In this document: in pieces, positions 22,885-34,611 of the stretch
How positions within the stretch are numbered: position 1 is the first letter of the stretch
Layout of the letters: the number at the start of each line of letters is the position of its first letter
NCBI GenBank assembly: GCA_950097015.1
Contig: CATNEN010000011.1
Coordinates: 6,076,001-6,140,000, forward strand
Direction of reading: 5' to 3'
DNA length: 64,000 bases
DNA from: Macrostomum hystrix
Lineage: Eukaryota; Animalia; Platyhelminthes
Made by a program: the position numbers and the translations under genes
Notes under the pieces: model-generated
What the model saw: only the letters and a program-made list of their open reading frames with translations
What the model was told of the DNA's origin: nothing
Database searches by the model: none

Positions 22885-23013
22885 GTGAGTGAGCTCACAC
22901 TGCTCAAAGCCTATTAATCTTGTTCTTTAAAAAAGTAACGCTTCGATGTCATTCCGTTAGTAGACGAAAAAATAAAATTTTATGACAGGAAAGCGAAATC
23001 TAGTATCGATCCC

Positions 23014-23292
23014 GAGCTCGATTCCGTGGCGAGGCCACATTTATTTGGGCCGCAGCCGCGGAGAGAAGGCTTGGAGGCTTGTCGTGTGCAATTTACGTGC
23101 TTGAGGGCCAACCTCAAAGGCACAGTGAGAGTGTACGAGCTACACTGCCTGATGATGACAAAGATGACCCCTATGTGCGTGTGTGCTCAGGAGTCAGCGA
23201 AATGGGCCGCATTGCCTCCTCGCTGGCTGCATGTCTACTGTCACAAAACGATGTGGCACTGCCCGCAGCCCTCCTGCAATTCTTCTTCTTCT
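23014..23292 (+). mobile_element. SINE family A, 5'-truncated, with (CTT)n tail
   Basis: Aligns with 33676-33962 from the B-box to the tail. Confidence 0.85.
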
Positions 23293-23365
23293 TATATTTA
23301 CCTTCAGTGTGTCTTTCTTTTTCGCCTTAAACGTAAGAAAATAAAATAAGTTCATCAACTTGCAG

Positions 23366-23818
23366 ATCGTCATGTGCTCAGATCCACCACTGCGACTGTC
23401 TCCGAGCACCCTGGCCAACTTCAACCTGACCTCCCTTGTACTTAGCAGCAATGGTCTGCAGGATTTCTCATTCCTGCCGACCGTGGGAGCTGCCGAGGTC
23501 ACTGTATCATACGACCCCGTGCCTTCTGGTCGGCTGTCATTTGAGAACACCTCACCGAATCCTCGCGTCACCTTGCTGCGATTAGAGCACACCGGACTCA
23601 ACGAGATTCCACTGGGACTATCAAGAACTTTTCCTAATCTGACGGAATTGAATTTGGCATCGAATGCAATAACAGAGCTTGACCCGGGTCGGCTTGAGAA
23701 ACTCAGTCGATTGGTTCGGTTGGACTTGGGCAAAAACCAGATCCAAGCACTGAGCGACTGGCCGAGACTCAAGCCATTGTTGAGTACCATTCTCTACCGT
23801 GACCGACTGGCTGCTCAG
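23366..23818 (+). CDS. LRR-Ig exon 4
   Basis: LTSLVLSSNGL, LTELNLASNAITEL, LVRLDLGKNQI; 453 nt, phase 0. Confidence 0.9.
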
Positions 23819-23864
23819 GTAGTGCCTGCAATTCAATCTATGCTAATTGGGCGCAGTACTTGCG

Positions 23865-24925
23865 AATGTGTAGTTTAGGGAATGTGCAGTTTAGGGAATG
23901 TTCAGCTAATGGAATGTACAGTTTAGGGAATGTGCAGTTTAAGGAATGTGCAGTTTAAGGAATGTGCAGTTTAGGGAATGTGCAGTTTAAGGAATGTGCA
24001 GTTTAAGGAATGTGCAGTTTAGGGAATGTGCAGTTTAAGGAATGTGCAGTTTAAGGAATGTGCAGTTTAAGGAATGTGCAGTTTAGGGAATGTGCAGTTT
24101 AAGGAATGTGCAGTTTAGGGAATGTGCAGTTTAAGGAATGAGCAGTTTAGGGAATGTGCAGTTTAAGGAATGTGCAGTTTATGGAATGTGCAGTTTAGGG
24201 AATGTGCAGTTTAGGGAATGTGCAGTTTAAGGAATGTGCAGTTTAAGGAATGTGCAGTTTAGGGAATGTGCAGTTTAGGGAATGTGCAGTTTAGGGAATG
24301 TGCAGTTTAAGGAATGTGCAGTTTATGGAATGTGCAGTTTAGGGAATGTGCAGTTTAGGGAATGTGCAGTTTAAGGAATGTGCAGTTTAAGGAATGTGCA
24401 GTTTAGGGAATGTGCAGTTTAGGGAATGTGCAGTTTAGGGAATGTGCAGTTTAAGGAATGTGCAGTTTAGGGAATGTGCAGTTTAAGGAATGTGCAGTTT
24501 AAGGAATGTGCAGTTTAAGGAATGTGCAGTTTAGGGAATGTGCAGTTTTAGGGAATGTGCAGTTTAGGGAATGTGCAGTTTTAGGGAATGTACAGTATAG
24601 GGAATGTGCAGTTTAGGGAATGTGCAGTTTAGGGAATGTGCAGTTTAGGGAATGTGCAGTTTAAGGAATGTGCAGTTTAAGGAATGTGCAGTTTAGGGAA
24701 TGTGCAGTTTAGGGAATGTGCAGTTTAAGGAATGTGCAGTTTAGGGAATGTGCAGTTTAGGGAATGTGCAGTTTAGGGAATGTGCAGTTTAAGGAATGTG
24801 CAGTTTAGGGAATGTGCAGTTTAGGGAATGTGCAGTTTAAGGAATGTGCAGTTTAAGGAATGTGCAGTTTAAGGAATGTGCAGTTTAGGGAATGTGCAGT
24901 TTAAGGAATGTGCAGTATAGGGAAT
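23865..24925. repeat. 16-bp minisatellite (g/a)ggaatgtgcagttta, about 65 copies
   Basis: Same unit as the intron 1 array. Confidence 0.97.
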
Positions 24926-25018
24926 GTGTAGCCTTCTATGTTTTCCGCTGGTACAAAATGTCAGCAAATCACTTTTAAAAGTGCATCAAAATAGCATTTT
25001 AGACACCTTGAATTTCAG

Positions 25019-25279
25019 GTGTACATAGGCGAGAATCCAATCCATTGCAACTGTGAGCTGGCCTGGATTTACGACAGCCCAATCTTGAGCAGTTCATTGT
25101 TGAGAGACCTGGTCTGTCGCTCCGGCCAGTTCTCTGGTCAGTTGCTTATTCGCGTGGCTAAATACGAGCTCAGGTGTTCGATTCCTTCTCGCCCAGAGAT
25201 CCGGCTCTACTATTGGCCAGCCGTTCTGCACTTAACGGGACTCAATGCCAGCGGACTGGCCAATGAGTCCGTGCTCACG
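25019..25279 (+). CDS. LRR-Ig exon 5 (LRRCT)
   Basis: GENPIHCNCELAW...LVC...LRC; tttcag acceptor; ACG|GTCAGC donor. Confidence 0.85.
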
Positions 25280-25589
25280 GTCAGCTTCTGGATGAGTTTT
25301 TTTCCTGACTCATATTTTTCTAACGGATGTATTAACTGTTAGAAAATTAATAGGATACAATGGTCAAAAGTACGAAGTAGCTAACAATTACAGTCGACAT
25401 GATTGCATGATGAAATTTTTTGAGCAGAAAAAAGATTCCTGTATTTGAGGTTCTTGCGACAAGACACGAGAATGCCGATGTTCTGTGATTCTGCCGAAGT
25501 TTTTTCATCGAGTGGGAGATCGGATAGATAATGGGAGATACAAAAAAATAATGTGGGGATTTGAAATATCCCGTTATCTTGCTAGTTTT

Positions 25590-25700
25590 AACAGCTAGTT
25601 GAACTGAAGCAATGCAGAGTTAAGTGTCTCGCTAAAGGACACAAAACTTGTCCAGTGAAATCGGTAATCGAACCTCCGACCTTCAAGTCGAGAGCCCTTT
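25590..25700 (-). mobile_element. SINE family B, partial
   Basis: Reverse complement of the head and core of the adjacent copy. Confidence 0.8.
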
Positions 25701-25727
25701 ATCCGCAAGTTATACAACACTCACGGT

Positions 25728-25990
25728 AGGTTGTAGCCTAGTGGTTAGGGCGTCGGACTCACGACTTGAAGGTCGGGGGTTCGATTCCCGACTCCACTGG
25801 AACAATTAGTGTCCTTTAGCAAGACACTTAACTCTGCATTGCTTCAGTTCACCCAGCTGTTAAATGGGTACCAGCATCAGCTGGGATAATTGAAGTTGGG
25901 TGTGGCGTCCCCCCAATACATGGACTGAACAGCTGTACGCAGCCTTCAGATGCGCCGCGCATTAGCTGCGGCTGTGCTGTCGGCTGCACA
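25728..25990 (+). mobile_element. SINE family B, near full length (CORE/MIR-like)
   Basis: tRNA head (A and B boxes), then AGCAAGACACTTAACTCTGCATTGCTTCAGTTCACCCAGCTGTTAAATGGG, resembling the recalled MIR CORE GGCAAGTCACTTAACCTCTCTGTGCCTCAGTTTCCTCATCTGTAAAATGGG. Confidence 0.85.
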
Positions 25991-26075
25991 TCTGACCCAA
26001 TTGGGGCAGGTGTAATCAATTATTATTAATTTTTATTATACAACACTAACTGACAATTTTCACTTCCTCCTTCAG

Positions 26076-26504
26076 CCAGGACAGCACTACAACTTGAGTA
26101 GGAGAAGAAACGTCACTTTGACCTGCTCATCTTCGTCCGATCCGGCACCTGAGCTCACCTGGCGATTCTTGAGTTCGGCGCCAAATAGCAGCTCCGGCGC
26201 TGAAGTTCAGGAGCTGGTGCGCAGCAAACTGGGCAGAGATCGCCAGTTAACTGTGACGTCACTGGCCCTGCTAGTTGATTGGCTGCCATTGAAGCGGCTC
26301 AACGTTCTGGAATGCGTAGCGTCCAGCAGATACTTCGACAACCGGCCGAGGACCAATGTCACCCTGCTGGTACCAGTCGATGAGGTGGAAGCCGGAGGCA
26401 CCAGTCCGGACAGACTAGTCAAAGCTGCTGCTCCATTCGCAGCCTTTCCAGCCTTTTTGTCATGGGCATTGTGCGGCATTTTGGCAAACAAGTACATTAT
26501 TTAG
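26076..26504 (+). CDS. LRR-Ig exon 6 (Ig domain plus hydrophobic C-terminal tail)
   Basis: VTLTCSSSSDPAPELTW...LECVAS; ends AAPFAAFPAFLSWALCGILANKYII*. Spliced product 584 aa. Confidence 0.85.
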   Translation, partial: PGQHYNLSRRRNVTLTCSSSSDPAPELTWRFLSSAPNSSSGAEVQELVRSKLGRDRQLTVTSLALLVDWLPLKRLNVLECVASSRYFDNRPRTNVTLLVPVDEVEAGGTSPDRLVKAAAPFAAFPAFLSWALCGILANKYII

Positions 26505-28357
26505 TGCAGTACGCATGCAACGTTCATTTCTATGCTAATCATGCTTGGCTGAAACTGTAACACACTAAAAGTGGGGAACGAACCTCGCGCTGGCAGACCG
26601 AGACCGGTTTCTGGCTTGTTTGCCTTCGTCAGTCACCCATAGCCACACGCCGTCCTCTCCCACCACTCTTAGTGTGCACAGAAGTCTGTTTTAACCTTGC
26701 CATTTTTATGGCGATACTTTTTTAGTGTTATGTGAGAGTTTTGCAGCCAAGTCTTTGCTTTTCTACTGTTGTCAGTAGTCTGAATTGTATCTCTCACAGA
26801 AACAGTAGAAACACCACGAGGGAATTTCTAATACCCACTGCCTACTTCACGATAGCTCCCAAACCAAGGGAACTCTGGTGAATGGGATGCTGAGAACAAT
26901 GGTCCTGGAACTGATTGACATTGTTTGTGGAGACGACATGATGAAATTTTGTGAGCAAAAAAGTCATGCCTATATTGGTGGTTTTTTCCATCAGACACCC
27001 TGACGAGAATACCACGACGAGGCCGATGTTTCGTGATTCTGGAAGTTGGTTCATCGGATAAAGCGGAAAATTTAAGCCCGTGTTCTGGATTTTCAAGGTA
27101 TTTTGTTGAATTTTTTGGGAATGACACAAGACAGCTGTGGAAAGTTGTTGCACACCATTATTTTACAGTTTTTATGAACTTAATCACTAAAGGGACACTT
27201 TTACTTTGTCTGCGATTCGAACTCTCGACCACCAAAAAGATGATTGTGTACAAATTATGCTAACAAGTTGCATGTAATGTTGCCATAATGGCTTATCGTA
27301 ATACATTGGCATATGGTTTTTTATCATCTGTTATAATTAATGTTCCTTTAGATTTTCCATCAAATCACTAGACCAATAAAGATAAAAAATAATGCTTTAA
27401 AATTTCAAATAATCAAGGCCATTTCTTTGCTTGCCAATTGCTTATTAACTACGAGTAAAAAAAACAATATTAATGACAAATCTTGTCTTTCAAACTGTTG
27501 ATTAGATTAAATTAGAAAGCTATTTTTGCTCTTGTCACTCACTAAATTATCTTTTAATTTCAATAATTATGCAAAACGTAAAGTTGTTAATATTGTTCTT
27601 GAATTATAGTAACCTATAGTTTGAGTTTCTATTAACTTTTTTGAAGCGAAATTTGTTGTTTTATACAGCTTTTGTTAAAATGCTTTAACTCGCGCATGGC
27701 AACCGTACATACACCAGTTCATTTTGCTTTGATTTTAGACTTGAAGTAAAAGTAAAATGACACTCCATTTACTTTTTTTCATTAAAATGCAAACTTGTGG
27801 TGATAATATTTATTAAAATTCTGTTCTGCCACACAATTTATTTACGACATTAAAAAGTGACGAGCGAACGATTTGAATTTTAACAAATTAATTTGATTTG
27901 CAATTAGTAAAAAGTACAATAAACACAGTATATGTACAGTATGTGTTCAGACACACCACTAAGACATAAACTTGATGCGAAAATTTTACAAATGCGACGG
28001 TTTAAAAAATGATTGATTAAAAAGCGATTCGAACTATTATATAATGTAATCAATTGAAATAATATGCAAAATTCCGTGCTACTAACTTAGTAATACACTG
28101 AGTAGAATAGTGAGAATGTTTTATGTGCTTGCTAATTCTAACACAAAATGGCATTTGTTTTATTAATGCAGTTCGGCTTTAGAAAAATTAAAAAAAATAA
28201 ACCGCAAGTATTATCAGGGGATATGGCGCAATGTCTAGCAAAAATTACTATACCAATAATCAAGTAAGCACAAGATCACAATGACTAGCAACTCTGGGAA
28301 CAACTGGACTGGCTAAGATCCAGAGCAATGATTCGCTGAGCTAAGCGTGGTCGAAGA

Positions 28358-28434
28358 TCAGTCTAAAATATCGAAATCATCAACCATGTTATTCAGCTGA
28401 AGACTGCCAGCATCACTGCCGCCGCTGCCGCCGC

Positions 28435-28466
<32 letters not shown>

Positions 28467-28554
28467 TTGGCATCGTAGTGAAAACCGCTTGTGAAACCGG
28501 CACTCATAGTTTGATGATTCGAAACGATGTTTGCCGGGTGCATCTGCATCTGCA

Positions 28555-28592
<38 letters not shown>

Positions 28593-28717
28593 AAGTGTTG
28601 CATGTAGCCCGGATCGAAATAGTCGAATCCAAGGCTAAGAGAACCCGGCTCCTCCAGCTGCAACGGCTGGTTGATCGCTACTGTTGAGCGAGAGTCGTAG
28701 CCTGTGCCTGACTGGCA

Positions 28718-28754
<37 letters not shown>

Positions 28755-29260
28755 ACCGAACATTTCTGCCTCTCGCGCTGAGGCATCGTCTCCGATTCGC
28801 CGACTTGAAGCAGGCGCGGATTGACCTGCAGAGAGCCGGCCACCAGATTGGCTGTGCTCTGCGACAGGCCGGAGGTCAGGGCCCGGGCAAAGCTCAGAGG
28901 GTCTGGCTGCTCGCCACGCTGCAAAATGTCGCTCAGCGCCGCAATGTAGTTCCTGGACAGACGCAGGGTTTCAATCTTGCTGAGCTTCTGCGACTGCGAG
29001 AAGCAGGGAATGTACTGGCGCAGGTTGTCCAAGGCCTCGTTTAGGCCGTGCATCCTGCTCCGCTCTCGAGCGTTGGCCCGCACCCGGCGAAGCTTCAGCT
29101 TGGCCACTCGCTCGGGCGTCATCTGCTTCTTCTTCGGCCCGCGCTTTTTCGGCACCTTGGCGACGGTGTCGGCTGACGGCGCCTGCTGTGCAGTGTCACC
29201 GTCCAGTGCCAGACTGTCGGCCGACTTCGATTGCTTGGTGACTGACGATGGCAAAATCAT
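28358..29260 (-). CDS. NeuroD: NeuroD-family bHLH transcription factor
   Basis: [11 protein letters not shown]...[24 protein letters not shown]...[16 protein letters not shown] plus the NeuroD-specific [22 protein letters not shown]; polyQ and polyS tracts; single coding exon. Confidence 0.96.
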
Positions 29261-29509
29261 GGCTGGATCCTGCGGATTTTTTTGGAATTATTTTTATTAT
29301 GCAAAGTAGACAAAGTCGCGGGGTTGCACATAAAACTGGCTGATTTTTTATCAATCTGAAGTCTGATTTCTTCAGAACCAAGAATGGGATTTTTAACAGC
29401 AGATGGGATTTGTCATTTGAGAAATGACTACAGTACTAAAAAACTTTTCGCTACTTTTTTCTGTCTATTCTACTCACAATAGTATAGTGCAGGCGTTGGC
29501 AATATTAAG

Positions 29510-30120
29510 AGATGAGACAGGTGAGAGGAGAGATGAGACAGGTGAGAGGAGAGATGAGACAGGTGAGAGGAGAGATGAGACAGGTAAGAGGAGAGATGAG
29601 ACAGGTGAGAGGAGAGATGAGACAGGTGAGAGGAGAGATGAGACAGGTGAGAGGAGAGATGAGACAGGTGAGAGGGTGACAGATGAGACAGGTGAGAGGA
29701 GAGATGAGACAGGTGAGAGGAGAGATGAGACAGGGAAGAGACGAGAAACGGGAGAGATGAGATATAGAAGAGATGAGACACGGAAGAGGTGAGACAGGTG
29801 ATAGATGAGCTGGGTGAGAGATGTGACAGGTGAGAGGGTGAGAGATGTGACAGGTGAGAGGGTGAGAGATGTGACAGGTGAGAGGGTGAGAGATGTGACA
29901 GGTGAGAGGGTGAGAGATGTGACAGATAAGAGGGTGAGAGATGTGACAGGTGAGAGGGTGAGAGATGTGACAGGTGAGAGGGTGAGAGATGTGACAGGTG
30001 AGAGGGTGAGAGATGTGACAGGTGAGAGGGTGAGAGATGTGACAGGGAGAAGGTGAGAAATGTGACAGGGAGAGGGTGAGAGATGTGACAGTTGAGAGGG
30101 TGAGAGATGTGACAGGTGAG
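29510..30120. repeat. Adjacent 21-bp (gagatgagacaggtgagagga) and 24-bp (gatgtgacaggtgagagggtgaga) minisatellites
   Basis: Direct reading. Confidence 0.95.
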
Positions 30121-32032
30121 AACATAGTTGTTAGAGAGGCCAGGGGGCTGAATTCTAAAGCTTCCCAGTGCGTGTCTCGTCGTCGCAAAGGGCCAGTGAT
30201 GACCGACCCAATTGGGGTTGTGACTCGCAAATCCCTTTCATTCCCTAGCAAGTCGGAAATGTTTAATATGCTCGGCTTTGAAACGCCATCGAAAAAAACG
30301 AGGAAGATTCTTGGGATCATTATAATTTTATGGCCAAATTGCCGAATTAATGTCTTCTGATGTTTTATCAGACGCAGTGTAAAAATTCCATTAAGTCAGC
30401 TAGTTCGGCTTGTGCCGCGCAGGGGAGACAAGAGGCAGGGAGAAAGGGATAAAAGCGAAGGGCATTGGGGAGGAGAGAAAGGTGCGGATCATTAAACCGG
30501 GGAAGTGGGGGCGGCTCGCGCACTTGTGTGATCACCCATCTGGTCCAGCACTCATAAATTGGCAGCGGAGTGAAAGAGATGAGTCCAGGACTGTTCTCAA
30601 ACGCCCGAGGTAATTATAAAATATGTGAGCATGTTAAACCGCCCTGCAGAATTCCGCTGCAACATCTCATAAAAAATTAGGACTGCCTGACAGATCTGGG
30701 ACAGGATGGGAGGAGACTGTGCCCCTTGAAAACTCGAAAACAAAGAGGCAACATGGAAGGAGCTTGGCGCGCATCGAGACTTTTGAGTGCGTCTCCTTGA
30801 AAATTATCGCGTTTTATATCGCAGTTTGAGCAGTTTTTAGTTATTAGCAATTGACTGTCGCAATTTAGCCCAAGAATCTGCTTCACAATCGAACAATTTA
30901 TGCGACAGATGCCGACTGATAACGAGTCTCGAATACTAATATACTATAGATACTGAGATAAGACATTTTGGCACATCAGCTGCGTCTGTCGCCTCAAAGC
31001 TAGTCTAAATGCTGTCTGGGAATATTTCAGTAATTAATTAGTCATTTTATTTTTAATTGAAATCTTTCCGATTTTTTGTCCTGCGGTAGCCAAAATGGAG
31101 TTTAGAGATGAACGAAGCATAAATAATAACCCGAGCTGTGACCTGATCAGGTATGCCTCATCAATCAACTGTTTGGGTTGGCAAATTCTTTGACAGAAGG
31201 ACAGGTAAACCCTTTATAGCCCCCAAGCTGTGCTGTTTGATCATTGGCTTAAAACAAAACCGATTAAATCTTACGGGTTTAAAAATGAAACCGATTATTC
31301 TATTGAAAGAGAGCAAACACTCTGTTTGTGAGCCTATACTAAAACTATTTGGTTGCCAGTTTAGCAATGCTTGAGTTCTTCTCAACTTGTAATGAATCAG
31401 TTACAGCATTTTTATTCCGCTTTCTAAAAGAAATGGCAAATTTTGAAAATCTGTGAAATGAAATAGAAGTTTATCTGCATGGCGCTATATGCAGTCAATT
31501 CGGGCCAGACAATCAGTCTAATATACGAGCAGAGCAGACAATAGAGTCATCTTGTTCTGCTCCAGACTCTCAAGCAATTAAGATTTGCGGCTTGTAAATA
31601 TAACAAATAAATGTTTTTGTTCCTGTTTCTGCTTGAATGCAGTCTGTGTGCGATCGAGTGCCTTATTATCCAGGGTTCTGCCTTCCAACCTGTCTTTAGC
31701 CACGGGTCTGGCCCAGATCTGAGAATCTGCTAATTGTGGACTATTATAGGCGGGATGCTTTTCGGTTCTTCTCCTTGGCGGATCATTGCTCTCCCCTAAC
31801 GAGTTTAACGATCCGAATTCAAACAGGTGTGCCTAGCCCTGCCTCCTCAGTCAGTTAACTCAGGAAAGTTCTTGATGAAAAAATACTGTTCCAATTTTCA
31901 TGGCTGACTGATTTCATAATAAGCTTTGACTTGAAAGTCTTGAAATAGATTTGCAAACCTTTATTTAATTAGATCTTCTAGATTTGGTTGTTAATATAAA
32001 CAAAACTGACTTTGTCTAAAGCATGGACTCAC

Positions 32033-32310
32033 CGTTTGGTTAAGACGGAACAGGAAACAACGCAGGTTCGTTGCCGATGTGCTCAACTTTGTTTTTTACC
32101 GCAGGAAACTTGGAAATTGGTTCGTCCGCTCTTGAAAGTTGGCTCAGACTGAGGGCCGCTGGTGGCATGTATTTGAGTACGTGCTGGGTTGGGCACACGG
32201 CGTCTGTCGCGGCCAATGGTAGCGAGCCATCCGTCCGGTTGAGCAGCCAATGAGATGGCGCGATCGAGGCTAGTTTGAGAATGGCTGAGCACAGTGGCTG
32301 TTCAGATGTG
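32033..32310 (-). promoter_or_regulatory. Putative NeuroD promoter and non-coding first exon
   Basis: Donor ACG|GTGAGT at 32032; CCAAT boxes at 32213-32217 and 32247-32251; CAGATG E-box at 32303-32308; matching acceptor 10 nt upstream of the NeuroD ATG (AG at 29271-29270). Confidence 0.5.
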
Positions 32311-32614
32311 CTCGGAAATTGGTTTCATTTGCTCTGTTAATAAATTTATGCAGCAGCATGTTAAATCTGCAATTACCCACAATTCATGGGAGAATTAGCA
32401 AGCAGGGGAGTGTTTCTTAGCTGTCTCGTTTTCTATTCATAGCGAAACTTCTCTACCTGATAAATTGGAGAATTCATGAGCGTTTCAGGGCGAAGCAAAG
32501 CGTGAATTATGAAAATGTTGCTGAATGCTAAATATACAAGCTAATGAAGCCAATCTGTTACTCGATGTATCTGCCCCTAATTATAATAATTGTTAATAAT
32601 TCATGATTGTCAGC

Positions 32615-32802
32615 ACTGCCCTGACTTCTCATCGTCAGGCAGTGTACACTCTCAGTGTCTTTGGAGGTTGGCCCTCAATGGCGTAAATTGAACACGACAA
32701 GCCCCCAAGCCCCCTCTCCGCGGCTGCACCATAAATGAATGTGGCTTCGCCGCGGAATCGAGCTCAGTGACCTCGGTGCGAGAGGCAGATGCGTTAATCG
32801 CT
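32615..32802 (-). mobile_element. SINE family A, 5' part
   Basis: Matches 4601-4776 and 33676-33830. Confidence 0.82.
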
Positions 32803-32990
32803 CTCTCCCTCTCCCGTCTCTCCCTCTCCCGTCTCTCCCTCTCCCGTCTCTCCCTCTCCCGTCTCTCCCTCTCCCGTCTCTCCCTCTCCCGTCTCTCCCT
32901 CTCCCGTCTCTCCCTCTCCCGTCTCTCCCTCTCCCGTCTCTCCCTCTCCCGTCTCTCCCTCTCCCGTCTCTCCCTCTCCCTACTCTCCCT
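32803..32990. repeat. 15-bp CT-rich minisatellite ctctccctctcccgt
   Basis: Direct reading. Confidence 0.95.
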
Positions 32991-33675
32991 CAGACACGCG
33001 GAGACTCAATCCTTCTCTTATCTGCCACTCTCCCTCTCATCTCCCTCCCCATCTCTCTATGAGCTTAAATTCCAGTTGATGTGTCATAATTGTCATCTGG
33101 ATTGCGCGAATCAGTTTTTTTTAAAGACAGTAAATAAAAAATTTCCGTTGGCAAATAGGTTTTTTGAGCTATTCATCTATACATTATTATGTCCTGTAAA
33201 CTTGAAGAACCAATTAACTCGGAGAGAATTTTGCTTGCAATTATTTTGAAATTCAGTCTTTCTACTTGTGAAAGGAAATGCTGTCCGGCCCGGGTCAAAA
33301 ATTGCCACTCAAAAAATGCCAACAAACATGTCGATAATTGGGGATTAAAAAACCAGTTAGAAAACTACTGTGCTAGCTTCTTAGCCTATAGAAACAGCTC
33401 TGATTCATTTGTCAACATGCCCTTTGGCAGTTTTTAGTGTTGCGAGTGAAATTTTCAACTTCATTTAAATTGCCTTTAAGTAATTTGCCTCTCAATGTCC
33501 AACTGCGATTGAGACTAAACTGATTGCAGACTCACAGCATGAGGATGAGAAATCTGGCCCTGGAGGCTTACCGTGCCCTCTTGGCTTTCATTGTACTTTT
33601 GAGAGGCTCAATTATTGGAGAACACAGAGATGGAAATAGAGAAATATAGAAATAAAGAAGCTATTGAGTACAGAG

Positions 33676-33962
33676 GGTGACGCGGTTAACGCGTTTGCCC
33701 CTCACACCGAGGTCCCTGAGCTCGATTCCGCGGCGAGGCCACATTCATTTGAGGCGCAGCCGCGGAGAGAAGGCTTGGGGGGCTTGTCGTGAACCATCAA
33801 GCTACAGTGAGAGTGTACACTGCCTGACGATGAGCGTGTACAGTATCTGTGTGCGTGTGTGCTCAGGAGTCAGCGAAATGGGCAGAATTGCCTCCTCGCT
33901 GGCTGCGAGTCTAGTGTCACCAAATGATGTGCCATTGCCCGCAGCCCCTCCTGCAATTATTG
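33676..33962 (+). mobile_element. SINE family A, near full length
   Basis: tRNA-like head, conserved body, structured 3' region, short AT tail. Confidence 0.85.
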
Positions 33963-34611
33963 CTATTAATTTTATTGGCTAAATGAGTATATTTTGGTTT
34001 GCTAATCCACAGGTATAGCAGATCAACTATAGCCAATGTAGCAAGTTATCATTTATTTAAATATCAAACTAGAAAATATTTCTCGCATAAATAATCAACA
34101 AAACTGTTGCAAACTGTCAATTGGCTGTTGGGTCGCATTGTGCGCAGGTTTTGTAGAAAAAAGACTCAATATAAGATGAAATCTCTGCAGTGACTGAAAA
34201 CCAGGTCAGTTTTGCAGCGTTCATGTCTGACGGTAAAGTCTCAGACAGTCTGTCTGTCTTGATCTGCTCAAACTATACTCCATCATTGATCACAGATTGC
34301 GGATTCAGTCAAATATTTCGGTTTTTTTACTCAAAGTCTTACCGAATATTTATTTGCCCTCTGGAAGAAATGACTGAACATGTATTAGTGTCTTCCTTTG
34401 ATGCTTTGGTCTCACAACTATGCATACAAGTAACCCTTTGTCATTCAAATGAGTATACATTTATACTCAGCTCATCACCCATGACCCAGAAAACTTCCGC
34501 AGAGCCGTAGACTCTTTGTCATTTGGGTCTATGTCAGAATCGTAGGGATCTTAACCCCCCTGCTGTTTGGGATGCTTGGCTGTGAATTTCGGACATGATC
34601 CACATTCCACT

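Noticed and set aside
21301-22917. 538-aa ORF as a single protein
   Set aside because: It reads through 18-bp and 22-bp arrays; only 21938-22165 and 22661-22884 are exons with splice sites and LRR content.
23140-23230. Hammerhead ribozyme in SINE A (CTGAYGA ... CGAAA)
   Set aside because: Stem II does not close directly onto GAAA, and stem I pairing is only 3 of 6.
25728-25800. Intact tRNA gene
   Set aside because: Acceptor and anticodon stems do not pair, and the head runs into a CORE-like body found in several copies, so it is a SINE.
26935-27005. C/D snoRNA or hammerhead
   Set aside because: No terminal stem, the related copy at 25.4 kb lacks the D box, and hammerhead stem III does not pair.
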